Positions 38,501-51,213 of a stretch of 64,000 nucleotides of DNA are shown here, piece by piece; position 1 is the stretch's first letter; each line of letters starts with the position of its first letter. A program made the translations under genes and the position numbers. The notes beneath the pieces were generated by a model, which was not told the origin of the DNA, searched no databases, and saw only the letters and a list, made by a program, of their open reading frames with translations. This DNA comes from Basidiobolus meristosporus CBS 931.73 (Eukaryota > Fungi > Basidiobolomycota), in contig MCFE01000229.1 in assembly GCA_002104905.1 (NCBI GenBank), forward strand, positions 1-64,000. The letters are read 5' to 3'.

Positions 38501-40660
38501 TAGTAACAATGGGTTGGCAAGATAACATTGGTACAGTACTGGCTGATGAATGGTCAGATATGACTTGTGTTGCAAAATACTGGCTGTAATCCTTGTAATA
38601 CCTCCTATGCTGTTTGTGTGCTTTATGGATGAGAGGCTCGCTACAATAGCCACATGGGCTTTTTCTCTTCTCTTACAGTGATGAATCAAAGTAGTGTTGT
38701 CAATAGGGCAAACAGCTTGACCTTCAACAATGTAATGCTATTGTATCACTTCTTGGTCAGTGCTCAGGTGATATTAAGACAGTCTTGTATTTGAGACATT
38801 ACACCTATGTGAATGTAAGATTCAATGAAGACCCACCATAGTAAGCATTATAAATAAAGCTGTGGCACCACATAAACATGTATATGTAACACTGTTTCCC
38901 TGTTGGTTTGACTGACTTCTATATTTTTGCGGCCAAAAAATAAAGCTAAGTTGTCTGGTTCCCAACCAAACCCCACTGCCAATAGCAGCTGAAGAATGGT
39001 TGGACAACAATTTGCTACAATATTCAGTGCAACAAGCAGAGCTACATCCAAAAAAGGCCATGTTGACAGGGTACCCACTGAAGGTTATTACAGAAAACTC
39101 CTCAGACTCTCAGTGAAGTAGGCAATAGAGAACCTTGGTGGAGCTGCAAGCTGACTTTTTTGCTTAGGCAGATGAGAATGTAGCAAACGCAGTACGCTCT
39201 GTTGAAGACCAGCAAGTGGCAATCATAACATCACCACCACACATATTAGCAAGTATGTTGCCAGCTCATACCAAAGCATTAATGAAGCAATTAGATGCAG
39301 TGGCAGATAGGATAGATGCAATGGCTCAGAGATATCAGGAAATAGTCCAGCAACAGGATGAGCAGAAAATACATGTAGAGCAATCAATATCCCAGGTAGG
39401 GACAGCAGTATCTTTGCTGCAAAGAAGAAACTCAAGTAGCTTAATGTCACAGCCAATAATTGAGCCATTTCCAGATGTAACTGCAGAGAAACACTGTGCA
39501 GTTTCTGAAGCACAACAAAAGTGCCCAAAGATAAAGCCTACAGAAAAACCTGTCACAGCATAGGAGGGAGAGAATATGGTGTTTATACCAAAGCCCAAAA
39601 ATCAAAAGACAATGAAGATCTGTGAAGCCATTCAGGCAATGATAAGAGTGGGCTATTATTCAAAAGGCCTTCAGATATCCTGGACTCAAGTGGGCAAATG
39701 GATTTTGGGCCAGCATTGGCATGCTAAGAAAGTATCTTAAAAATAGCAGACACTATCAAAGGCAGGAGAACAAGGGTTCTATAGCTAAAACCAGCAGCCT
39801 CCTCTGGAGTCTGTAACAAGCTGGGCCAAAAGCTCCATGCAAGTGTCAAAGAGATGTGAGGTAGCTGGAAGAGCACCAATAAAGGACAAGCAGGCTAACA
39901 CAGATGCACCAGCACAACACCTATCAAGGAGAACACATAGTACCACTCAAGAAGTGCTCAGTCAAAATAGCAGTGAAAGACCTGGCAGGATAAAGGAAAA
40001 GGTAAAGAGAAAAATGTCTACCCTACCTGGAGACAGGGAAGTATGCAAAAAAGACTGCAGTTCTTGCCAATTAATGCCGCAAGCCTGGAACAGACTGAAT
40101 CCCATCTTAGCCAAGAAGAATTGCCAACAAGAAAGCAGCTGTTTTACAATAGTTGGAAGCACAGGCAATTGCCTACACCCTGGTGAGGTAGATGAGTCTG
40201 CAGAGAAAGGCAATTTATCTACCACAGCCTCCACATCCTCCATTCTTGACAGAGTGGAGATCCCACTGACAGACAAGGCTACAACCTCAAGAACTCAATA
40301 GACTATCACAATGCCTTTAGAGGAATTTTGGAACATTAGTTGGCACACCAAGAGGTTGCAGCCCTTCTTCAAGAGCAGGGCCCAAGAGAATGCACTCAAA
40401 TATTGTAAGGATCTATAGCAGAGACTGGCAGATGAGGTGCTCAGCTTTGTGGTGCCAGCCAAAGACCAGGACATGTAGTAACCAGTGAGTGAACAGTAGC
40501 ATTAAGCCATTGAGCTCCCACCAAAGTCATGGAACCAGAGCATTACAGTAGAAATACTTATTGCGTGGCGGATTTTAGTGGAGCTACTTGTTACGTGTGA
40601 GGTTGGGCTTAACGTTAGTGTAGGGTATAGGGACTGTTATAGATCAATACAATTGGCAAT
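35542..40660. mobile_element. CMC/EnSpm-like transposon, copy g (most complete: terminus, transposase on - at ~36050-38520, ORF2 on + at ~39170-40600)
   Basis: Starts CCCTATGAGGAATAAT. ORFs 37539-37772 (YDHVFALALDGISL..SCWPLILFNLNLP), 36743-37228 and 39216-39563. The right end is truncated and approximate. Confidence 0.78.
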
Positions 40661-40679
40661 AGAGGCAAAAATTTCTGAT

Positions 40680-43233
40680 AGCAGCATGTGCTAACAGTTG
40701 CATGGCATTCACTTCAGAAACTGCCACCATTGCAAGGTGTCCAACCTGTCAGGAATCCACCACCATTGGAAGGAAACTCTGTTTACACTCTGGCTATATT
40801 CCAGTAATGCCACATCTAAAAAAGCTCATGCAGTCTGACAATTAATGTGAAGCTATAGAGTACCACTCCTAGTAGCAATCAAACGCACACATATCCAATA
40901 TATTTGGTGATAAATATTACAAAGAGCTTAGAAGTATGGGCTATTTTGAAGGTATGTATGACCATGCCTTAGTGCATAATGGATTCTCATTAAACAGGTA
41001 CACTATTGGCAAATCCTGCTGGCCCCTGTTTCTCATCAACCTGAATCTGCCACTTATCTTACAGTATCAGAACACAAATCTGATGGTAGTCTTATTGGTA
41101 TCTTGGCCTAAATAACTATCCAATCCGAATAGATACCTGTATCCATTGCTGGATATATTTTGTATGCTTTCCAGCAGAATAACAATAAAGGGCCATCATG
41201 GCAACAAGCATATTACAATCTGCATTGGTCAAACCTCAGCTATCAGCAAGATATCAGGATCTTCTGGACACTATGGACTGTATTGCTGTCAAATATGTGA
41301 GATCCAGGGGACTTACTCCATAACTCTCACACACTTTTATAACCATAATACCAACATTAAGAACATCATCTTCCTGCAGAGAGAGAGTGTAGAAATCAAC
41401 ATGCCATTGCAGCAAAGTAGGCAAGTTATAAGCCATTGGACAAAATATGGGTTTAATTGGAAACTGGGGATATTAAAGATAAAGGGTATCTGTTATAGCA
41501 AAGGCATTCCACTGGGAGCAATGCATTTGCTTTTCAATAATATCCTTGTAAAGATGGCCAAGTTGTAAATAGGGCATTTCAGGCTAAATGAACACTTTGA
41601 GTTACCAGAGAAATTTAAAGAATTGGCAAGATAGTAAAGACAGTCTGCTACCCTCAGTACTTCTTACTGGCCCTAACCAATACTCATACGTATATGCAAC
41701 AATACAAGTGCAAAGACTTGATGAATTGAATATGTATTCGTCTAAGTGGCTTTTTGAGGCCATCTTTACCAAGAGTACATAGGGAGTCATATGTGGACAT
41801 TATAGGATTATTTATCCAGAAGCATATAATCAATGCCAACTTGATGCATCTACAGCTTTTGTGCAAGGAGTTTGTGATGGGTCTTGGGTGGCTACACTAC
41901 AAACATAAACATGAATGTGTAGATCTCTGCTGCTACTGAATCTCTACTCCATCTTGTTAGGTGTGTGAAGAATACTGGGCCTTGCGTCACCTTTTGGGAG
42001 TTTCCTATATAGCAGGTGTGTGGGGAGATAGGAAGACAAGTCAAGTTGCAGGTACTACCATATCCCAATTGCATCAATAATATTACCTTCAAGTCCATCA
42101 CAGATGTGATGAGTTGGCACATAGAGGGCAGCCAGGCAGAGTTGGAAAATACTGAGGACAGATATGCACATGGAGACATCTATGGCTTTGGGGCTAAGAA
42201 GCTAAGCAGCCCCAATGCATGGGTAATCAGCTAAGTAATGCAAAGTTGGATTGGGTGCAACAAGCAGCTAATATTTATTAGGAAAACTCCACCAAGGTAA
42301 GCTTGATTGCTCTTGGACACAAGCCAACTTCTAAACCACTCAAAATAGAAGCTGCATAAACAAGTGCCAGAGCATACCTATAAGGGGGACTAGTATCCAG
42401 CATGGAGAAGGAATATATTGGCTAAATATCAAATAGCTCCAAGCAGATATTCAGGAGGTATTTATGGCTGAAGTTGCAGCAACAAAGAATATGTTTGCAT
42501 GATGTATATGTTACCAGCAATACAAGATATATGGCAACTTTTCAAATATCACACTAAAAAGCCATAAAGTTGAGGTGATAGAAGCATATCAATTGCAGCA
42601 GGTGTGCATGTTTATAGAGGTTAGTAAGCAGGATGTCATAGTATTTTTATTCAGACAATATGTGGAATACCCAAGGCAGTAGTGGGGAAGCAAATAAAGA
42701 GATGTGATTCTACTGTGGAATATATAGATTGTGCAAGAGGAGGTAGAAAAAGGAAATACTGTTTGGTAAACTGGTATAGTAGTATTATGCTGGACTAGCT
42801 GTAGGTTGCCATACTGCCATGATGATGCCATCAGAGACTCACTGTGAGACCTCCAGAATACCATCAAGCTTTTTGCCATATAAGTGTGATAATGCCATCA
42901 GAGGCTTTCAACAAGTCTGTCAAGACACTGTCAAGTTTTTTGACATATAAAGCAATTGCATGTACTGGCTAGTTTGATCCACTCAGTTAGTTGTAGAGCA
43001 CACTAAGACCACAACAATGCCATGCCACCCTGGGCTAAACACCCTTCAAACACCCTTATATTTTTTAACTTTATTTAGTGGTAAAATTAGGCAAATGCCA
43101 TTGTGATCCTGCCATAAAATTGTGTAGATAAACATTAATTCTAAGCTGCTGGTATTATAGCAGTCTCCTGATGGGAGCCTGATGGCTGATCCAAATTGCA
43201 TCCACCCATGGGACCAGATTATTTCTCATGGGG
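40680..43233. mobile_element. CMC/EnSpm-like transposon, copy h (transposase on +, transposase-side terminus)
   Basis: ORF 41146-41568 (CCQICEIQG, LGAMHLLFNN). 3' region homologous to the reverse complement of 35542-35930. Ends ATTTCTCATGGGG. Confidence 0.7.
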
Positions 43234-46200
43234 TCTGTGCAATAATGATATTCTTAGTGTAGGTATTTGGAAAGTATTAAGGTATGTGAGTTATGGAGCA
43301 TATCCCCTGGATTTCAGAAATTCAACAGCAATACCATCCATTGTGCCAAGAAAAGCCAGCTATCTTGCTGATAGCTGGGGTATCTCCAATGCTGATAATA
43401 ATATTTGCTTTAACATGATTGTGGCAAATAAGTATCCCACTATATTGTAAGCAAGAGCTTTTCAGCAATAAATATAGGTAGCTTCTCAGGTTGGATGGCG
43501 ACTTAGGCCCAGCTGTTGGTGCAACTACCTTCAGGTTTCTGCTCTGATACTACAGGATTGGCAGCACTTTTAGGTTGATAAGAATCAGTGGCCAGCAGGA
43601 TTTGTGGGCAGAGTATTTGTTCAGTGAGATTCTATCAAGTGGAATGGCAAGGGCATGGCTGTGCATACCTTCATAGTTGCCCTTTCTAGTATAGTTGTTT
43701 TTAAAGCTGGTCACTAAATACATTGAAAGTATTTGCACTTGACTAATGCTGAGTGCAGTACTTGATAGCTTCACAATATTTGTAGGACTGCATGAGCTTC
43801 TTTAGATGGGGTAATAGTGGAGTTTATCTAGGGTGTGAATAATGTTTTCCTCCTATGGTGGTGGATTCCTGACAAGTTGGATGTCTTGTGATGGTGGCAT
43901 TTTCTGATGCATATGCCATGCAACTGTTAACACATGCTGGTATCAGGATGGTCTTTGGGTCATATGTTGCCATCTGCATGACAGTTGTCTATATTTACCA
44001 ATTACATGGTAAGCTCAAACTTAATTTGATATTGGCAAGAAGTTGCAGTAAGTCTTCAGAGCTCCCATCAATGATATTGATGGAAGCATGCCACTTCTCC
44101 AGCTACTACTTCAAATAATTAATCAGTAAATGGATTACTGTGCTCACTTGGCTCCATAGAGTATCCTTGGCAATTTTTTCTCACAGGTGTTTTCTTATTG
44201 CACATTTGGATTCTGCTGGGCACTGGTCAGATATGGTAGTGAGGGGAGATAGACTGACAGTCTATCAGTGAGCCTTCTTCTTTAGAGCTATCACTCTGCA
44301 GGCCATATTCAGAAGGTAGAGTTGAGCTAAAAGCTGTCACAAGCCCATTCAAATTGGTATGCAAGGTGACATGTACAGCAGGGTGCAGCTATTGAGTGTC
44401 CAGTGGTTGCAAGAAATTGTTGGCACAGTGGTGACTGATGAATGCTGAAATATGGCTTGCGCAGCAAAACAGTAGCTGTGATCTTAATATTACTTCCCAT
44501 TTCTCTATATGCCTCATCAGCAAGTAACTTATGGCAACAGGCACATGGTTGTTTTCCATTTTCTACAGTGTTGAATCAAGCTACTCTTCTCTCTGGGATA
44601 AATGGCTTGGCACTTAGCAATGTAATGCTATTTTATCACTTTTTTGAAAATAATCATGCCATTTTACAAGATTCTTATATCTGATACATTGCACCTACAT
44701 CAATGTACAATTCAATGATGGCCCACTATAGTAAGCATTCTAAATGAAGCAGTGGCACTACATATGCACATATATTTATCATTATTTTGCACTTGGTTTG
44801 ACTCACTTCCTTGTATCTGCCACAAAAGTTGAAGTAAAGCTCTATGGTTCCCAACCAAAGTGCACTGCAGCAAGCAGCAGAAGTATGGTTGGCCAACAGC
44901 TTGCACTGACTTCCAGTACAACAAGCAGTGCAACATCCAAAAAAGGCTATGTTGACTATGTGCCCAAGGAAGGTAATGATCTGGTCTCCTCAGGCTCTCA
45001 GTTAGGCAGCCAACTGAGCATCTCTGCAGAGCCCCAAGCTGGTTACATTGCTAGGGCAGATGTGTATTTAGCAACTGAAGTACCTCTTGTAGAAGACTAG
45101 CTAATGACCATTATAGCATCACCACCATGGGTATTAGCAAGTGTGCTATCAGCTCATACCAAGGCATCAATGAGCCTATTAGGTGCAGTGTCTGATAGGA
45201 TAGATGCAATGGCCCAGAAAAAGAATGAAGTAGTCCCAACCCAGGAAGAGTGGATTATATATATTGAGAAGCCAATATCTGAGGTAGAGAACACAGTATC
45301 TATGCTGCAAAGAAGGAACCCAAGTAGCTCAATACCATAGACAACAATAGAGCCATTTCCCAATGCAAAAACTGAGGAATATCATATAGTCTTTGAAGCA
45401 CAACAACAATGCCAAAAGCTAAGGCCAATCAAGAAACATATAGCAGCATGAGATTGAGAGACTGTTATCTTTATATTCAAGCCTAAAAGTCAAAAGATAT
45501 TGAGGAACTATGAGGTTGTTTAGTGCAATGATGAAGGGTTGGCTAATATTTGACAGGCTGTTAGAAGTCTAGCATGACTTCACCTTAATGCTGGCAAACC
45601 ATGTGACCATCAAGAACTTAAGGCCAGGCAGAACTTGCTTGATCTGCTACATGAGAGTTATCCTGAATTCAAGCAAGCAAAGAGATATGGAGCCATCACT
45701 GGTATGCTAAGAAAGTATCTCAAGAATAGAAGAAGCTATGAAAGGCAGAAGAACAAGGGTGCCATACCTGATATCCAGTGGCTTCTGCAAGTGCTTGTCG
45801 CAAACAGGGTAGAAAGCTCTTAACAAGTAGTAAGGAAACATCAGGCAGCCAGAAGAGTGCTGGCAAGATCAAACAGGTAAAAACAGATGCATCAGTGCAG
45901 CATTTATCAATGCAAAAGTAGTTCAACTCAAGAAGCACTCAGTCAAAGAATCAGTGAAGGACCTGGCAGTGATAAAAGCCTAAGGCTTTCTCAGCAGTCT
46001 GTCACAAGCAGGGCTGAAAGTCCAAAGCAACTGGCAAAGATATGTTAAGATGCTGGGCAGTGCTGGTAAAGGACATGAAGGCAAAAACAGGCGCACCAGT
46101 GCAGCATATAAAAGGTCAAAATGAAATATAATACAGGTAGCACTCAGTCAAAGCAGCAGTGAAACACTTGACTGAGATAAAGGTAAAGGTACAGAGGAAG

Positions 46201-46895
46201 TAATCTACCCAAGCCAGAAACAGGGAAGCATGAGAAAAACCTGCAGTTCCCATCAACTAATGCTTTCAGCCCAGATCAGGCTAAGTCCCATACTAGTCTA
46301 GAAGAATTGCCAACACAATAACAGCTACTTTCACAGAAGTTGGAGGTGCAACTGGTTCAGCTACACTTTAGTATGGTAGGTGAGCTTGCAAAGGTGAACA
46401 ATTTTCCCACCAGTGCCTTCATGTCCTCCATTGTAGACACAGAGGAGATCCTACCAACACACAAAGCAACAATGCCTACAGTGGAGTCTTGGCACATTAA
46501 TAGGCTCCCAAAGAGGTTGTAGGACTTCTTCAGCAGCAGCTCAAGAAAATGCACTTAAATACTGTAAGCATGTATTGCAGAGATTTGCAGATGAAGTGTT
46601 AGACCTTGCACTACTGGCTGAAGTCCAAGCTGCATGGAACCAGTGAATCAACAATGGCAAAAGCTGTAGGGTTCCTGCCAAAGTCATGGGAAAAGGGTTG
46701 TACAGCAGATATATTTGCTAAATGGTGGATTTTGATGGTGTTACATGTTGATTGTGTGGCTGGGCCTAATAATTGTGTTGGGTATTGGGACTTGTGTGTT
46801 TGTGCAGTGTGCTGATGGGATTGATACCCCTTGGTCATGGGACTTTAATCTTATGTTGGCCTCTTGACAGGATCATCATATCTATATTTACAGGG
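43234..46895. mobile_element. CMC/EnSpm-like transposon, copy i (transposase 5' half on -, ORF2 on +, terminus)
   Basis: ORF 43550-43774 (HALAIPLDRISLNKYSAHKSCWPLILINL) and ORF2 remnants at 45104-46800. Ends TATTTACAGGG. Confidence 0.7.
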
Positions 46896-46980
46896 TACTG
46901 AAGGATCTGATATACTTCAAGACAACACTGTAGCACTGCTGCCCCAAAAACATTCCACCTGCTTCACAAATACCAATATT

Positions 46981-47340
46981 TCAAAAACCAGTAACTTTGG
47001 AGTCTAAGTCTTCAGACTTGTTGCCAATGTCCCCCAATCCACCTAATCCACCAAGGCCGCCAAGACCACCTAATTTAATGGGTTTGCCCAATCCACCTAA
47101 ACTTTGAAGCTTTGATTTACTGGTATTAATATCCGGAACTTCATCAGAAGGAAAATCCAAAGCCAAAGGTTTGACAAAAGGTTCAGGTTGTTTGTCAACA
47201 GTTTTGGGAAAAGATAAGCCGCCCAAACCACCAAGACCACTTAACTTTTTACCAGAGTTAGAGTCCATTAAATCTTTGTTAATAACGTATCCTCTGTCGC
47301 TACTATAATCTGATGAAAAAAAGTCTTCTATATCAGACAT
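46981..47340 (-). CDS. Orphan 119-aa acidic protein with (GGL)n repeats, function unknown
   Basis: Open ATG-to-TGA frame in a non-repetitive AT-rich island. No homology to other window sequence seen. Confidence 0.45.
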   Translation of the reverse strand: MSDIEDFFSSDYSSDRGYVINKDLMDSNSGKKLSGLGGLGGLSFPKTVDKQPEPFVKPLALDFPSDEVPDINTSKSKLQSLGGLGKPIKLGGLGGLGGLGGLGDIGNKSEDLDSKVTGF

Positions 47341-47446
47341 TTGATCAAAGTTCTTAATGCTGAAAAAAAATTTAAAAAAATTTATTAGTTATCATTTCAA
47401 ATCTGCCAGATGTGTCTATTATACAATACATGCAAAAAAATGTGAA

Positions 47447-47885
47447 TTAATCAAAGATTTTACTTTTGTTGTTTAATCTTTGGGCAGCAGATGCTAGTGA
47501 CACCAAAGCATTGTCAGGGATTTTATATCTAACTAAAGGAATAGTATTGTTCCATCTAGAATGTTTGGATTTGGGGGATATAAGTACACCAGAGTTGTTT
47601 AAAGTCATACCACATATTTTATCTATTTTGCCATCTTTCCAGACAACAGAACCTTCATGGTTCTTAACTTTAAGAATGTTGGCATTTATAAGTCTAACGC
47701 TAGCATTGGTACCTTTGCCAATAACATTGGCAGAATCATAAAATGGGTCATCAGAATGTCTAAAAGTAGGAGAATAGTTAGCTTGAATAGAATAAAATTT
47801 GGAAGATAAGAAAGCTCCTTTGTGGGAAGCAGTGATACCATGCATTGACGCTGAAAACTTGGACAATTTTACTCCATTAGAAAAT
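47447..47885 (-). pseudogene. Orphan ORF 3' fragment (~145 codons), 5' end cut by PHIS element A
   Basis: The part of ORF 47447-47971 beyond 47885 lies in the transposon terminus. The remainder is stop-free and unrecognised. Confidence 0.4.
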
Positions 47886-48068
47886 AAACCTCTTCCATTA
47901 TATAGTGCCACATAGTGCAAGCCTGTATAGAGTGCCAGATTGATATGGCACTCTATGGCACCATCTGACACTATAATTTCTGCTATAAAGCCAGTGGTAG
48001 GATATAGTTACTGGTAATTTTATTTAATCTTACTTGTGTTGCTCAGACCAGTACTTTCCTTGCTCTAT

Positions 48069-49000
48069 TTACTCTTCATAATGCTCCAGACACATTTCTC
48101 TCAGTGGATGTCTTCTTCTATGAATATACTGTGCATTGATAAGTATCTTAGCTATTTTACTTATTCTGCTGTTTTCTCCTATATATGAATTTCCTCTGTA
48201 TTCACCAGCCAATATGCTGAATCTCTTCAAATATCCAAATGTATGCTCTGCCTTCACTCTGGAATGATTAAATATCTCATTGAAGAGCTTCTGCTTCCTG
48301 CCAAGTGCACCATTGCTAGGCTTCCTGTGTGCTGTAATACATCCTAATCTCTGACAATCCTCTCTATCTAAGCTAACTCTGAAATGCATTTCTCCCCTGT
48401 ACTGAATTCTGGATGATTCTCTACCTAGAGTGCTATTTCATGCCTACTTCCAGCAAATGGCCCACTAAACCAGATGATGTTACCCTCAATGTCAGACAGT
48501 GCTTGAAACTTCACACAGTGTGCTTTGTACTTGCCAGAACAAAAGTGCCTCTGCCCTCTAGAAGGTCTGTTAATCCTGACTGAGAAGGTATCCAAAATAC
48601 TCCTTATATGGAACCTGTGGCTGAACACTCTGGGCTATGGAAGTCAATTGGAGCTTTTGGGCCTAGTATTCCAAGCTTGCTCTAAGTCATTCATACCCTC
48701 TGCATGGTGGTTCTCCATTGCTGTCAGCAGGGAATGAAAGTTTCTAGGACTTTTCTTGCCATGGATGGTGGGATGAAACCTTGTAGGGCAATAGTTCTTG
48801 TAATAGCAGAGAAGCTTAACAAGGGATCTCCTTGAGTGGATCAGGGTAGATGGTCCACAGTACTTGGTATAGATCTCCTATAGTGAGTCAAAAGGAAGTC
48901 CTGTGGTAGTGATGGGATTGATGAGAAAAGACCTTTCAGATGAGAAAGTCATATTAAAATTGGTAGATGATCAGGCTAAGGTCAATTGATTTGATTTGGT
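48069..49000 (-). pseudogene. DDE_Tnp_4-like transposase of copy A, disrupted
   Basis: ILDTFSVRINRP, YSGKYKAHCVKFQ, AEHTFGYLKRFSIL. Frameshifts and stops present. Confidence 0.85.
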
Positions 49001-51213
49001 ATGATCAGCTTTATTTATCTGATTTTCCATGCATTATGATCAAATCTCCCTCATTGCCATGTATCCCATCATTGTGTTGCAAAAATCATCCTCAAACAAT
49101 GACTTAGTATTTTTATTGATGCTTTGCTCCCAAGTCTATATCAAATAAGAAATCTGCAGTTGATGGGATCCAGTCCATGTCAATGCAATCCAAGATGCAT
49201 CATACATAATATATGGAAAACTCAACTATCACATTAGTTTTCAAATATATTTCATATTTCATGCACAAATGATTTTGCACACAATTTGTACAGTACAGGC
49301 CAGACACGTCTGTTTCTGCCTCAACTTTGGGAATCAAAGAGATTTTGATTGAGTTTTTGCCTAACGTATTATACCTTGAGGAATCAGAAGGTGAGCTTCA
49401 AGAGGAAGAATACAGACCAGGAACAACAGCAACTAGATTGCACCAGCACTCCTTGCTGGATTCCTTACCATGCCTTGTAGCTTGAGCATGCTGGTGTACA
49501 TTAGTCCAAACTATGCCAACACCTTTTACAAGAGCACCCTGCATTTAGTCAATACATGTTGGGTCATTGCGCTGTGGTGGTTTATAGGCCCAAGGGAGAG
49601 ATGTGTCCAACACTTCTCAAGTGTTTTGTGTGTGGGGTGTTCACTGGGTGCAATAACCTCTGGCAAAAGCTTGCTAGGAATACTGGTGTTCTGTCTCTAA
49701 TCTAATGTGATGGGTAATAAAGCCACAAGCTTGTCAAGGGAAAACTATTGAGCTACAGTCCCCAACTTAGTTGGCATTGTGGTGGTGTGGAGGTACCCCT
49801 GGGAGAAGCTACACAACTCAGGGTGTGTGAGGTGTTGGATGGGGGCAATAACCACTGTGTCTAAACTGCTGGTGTCTTGGTCAATATGTCACTATGGTAA
49901 AAGCTCCTGCTTCTCTAGCTTCCTAGGTGCTTCAAGTGTCTCCAAAGTCTTCTGTGTGTCTTGTGCACTACCCTGAAAAGCTCCTTGATGGCAGGTCTGA
50001 GATGTACTGTTGAAGGCAGGCACAGTGATCAACTGCTAGTCAATAAGGGAGAAGTGTTACGGATAGAAGGGATGATTTATTGATGAGGGATTACTTTCCC
50101 TTATATACTTTTCCTGATTGCCAAGTGATTACTAATGACAAGGTTCTCAAAGATTCTAGGCACCAGTGGAATTCTTGATGACATCACTATGAGCTAAAAA
50201 TATGCCAAGAATGTCCTGGAAGGTTCTAAAAGGCACAGCATATTCAACCAATCAGGGATTAGTAGTCTGAAGCCTGTGAAACATAGAAGTATCATATATG
50301 GTATTGAAATGGTAGGGATGGTAACACACACCTAAGTCATGTGTCACAGGTACTGATGCGGGTACTTACCTTATGTAGATACATATACTGATCACAAAGC
50401 TGAATAACATCTGGGATAATTAATGCTAATAACTAATCAGGGTAATCATCATATGGGGATAATACTGATAATATGGGCAAACAAAGAATGGGATAATACT
50501 GATAAGATAAGATATGGATAAGTATATCATAATAGACTTGTTCCGTTGGATAGTGCCACATAGTGCCAGCCTGTTTATGGTGCCGGATTGATCTGGCACC
50601 CTACGGCACTATCTGGCACTATAATTTCTACCATGATGCCTGTGGTATGATACAGCTACTGGTAATTTTACTCAATCTTACTTATGTTGCTCAGAATAGT
50701 GCTTTCCTTGCTTTATTTACTCTTCATAATGCTCCAGACACATTTCTCTCAGTGGATGTCTTCTTGTATGAACATACTGTGCATTAATAAGTATCTTAAC
50801 TATTTTACCTATTCTGCTGTTTTCTCCTATATATGACTTTCCTCTGTATTTACCTGCCAATATGCTGAATCTCTTCAGATATCCAAATGTGTGCTCTACC
50901 CTTTCTCTGGAATGATTAAATATCTCATTGTAGAGCTTCTGCTTCCTGCTAAGTACACCATTCCTTGGCTTCCTATAAGCTGTAATACATCCTAATCTCT
51001 GACAATCCTCTCCTATATAAGCTAAGTCTGCCATACATTTCTCCCCTCTACTGAATTCAGGATGATTCTCTACCCAGAGTGCTTTGTCATGCCTACTTCC
51101 AGCAAATGGCCCACTAAACCAGATGATGTTACCCTCAATGTCAGAGAGTGCTTGAAACTTCACATAGTGTGCCTTGTACTTGTCAGAATAAAAGTGCCTC
51201 TGCCCTCTAGAAG

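Noticed and set aside
35542-43233. Composite transposon bounded by two inverted transposase-side CMC ends
   Set aside because: The flanks (GA versus TC) do not form a duplication. Two independent truncated copies explain it.
47670-47730. Protein-kinase Gly-loop-like IGKGTNASVRL
   Set aside because: No downstream VAIK, HRD or DFG motifs are present.
47886-47971. N-terminus of ORF 47447-47971 as a real protein start
   Set aside because: These codons lie in the terminal/subterminal sequence of PHIS copy A (matches 50534-50620), so the fusion is accidental.
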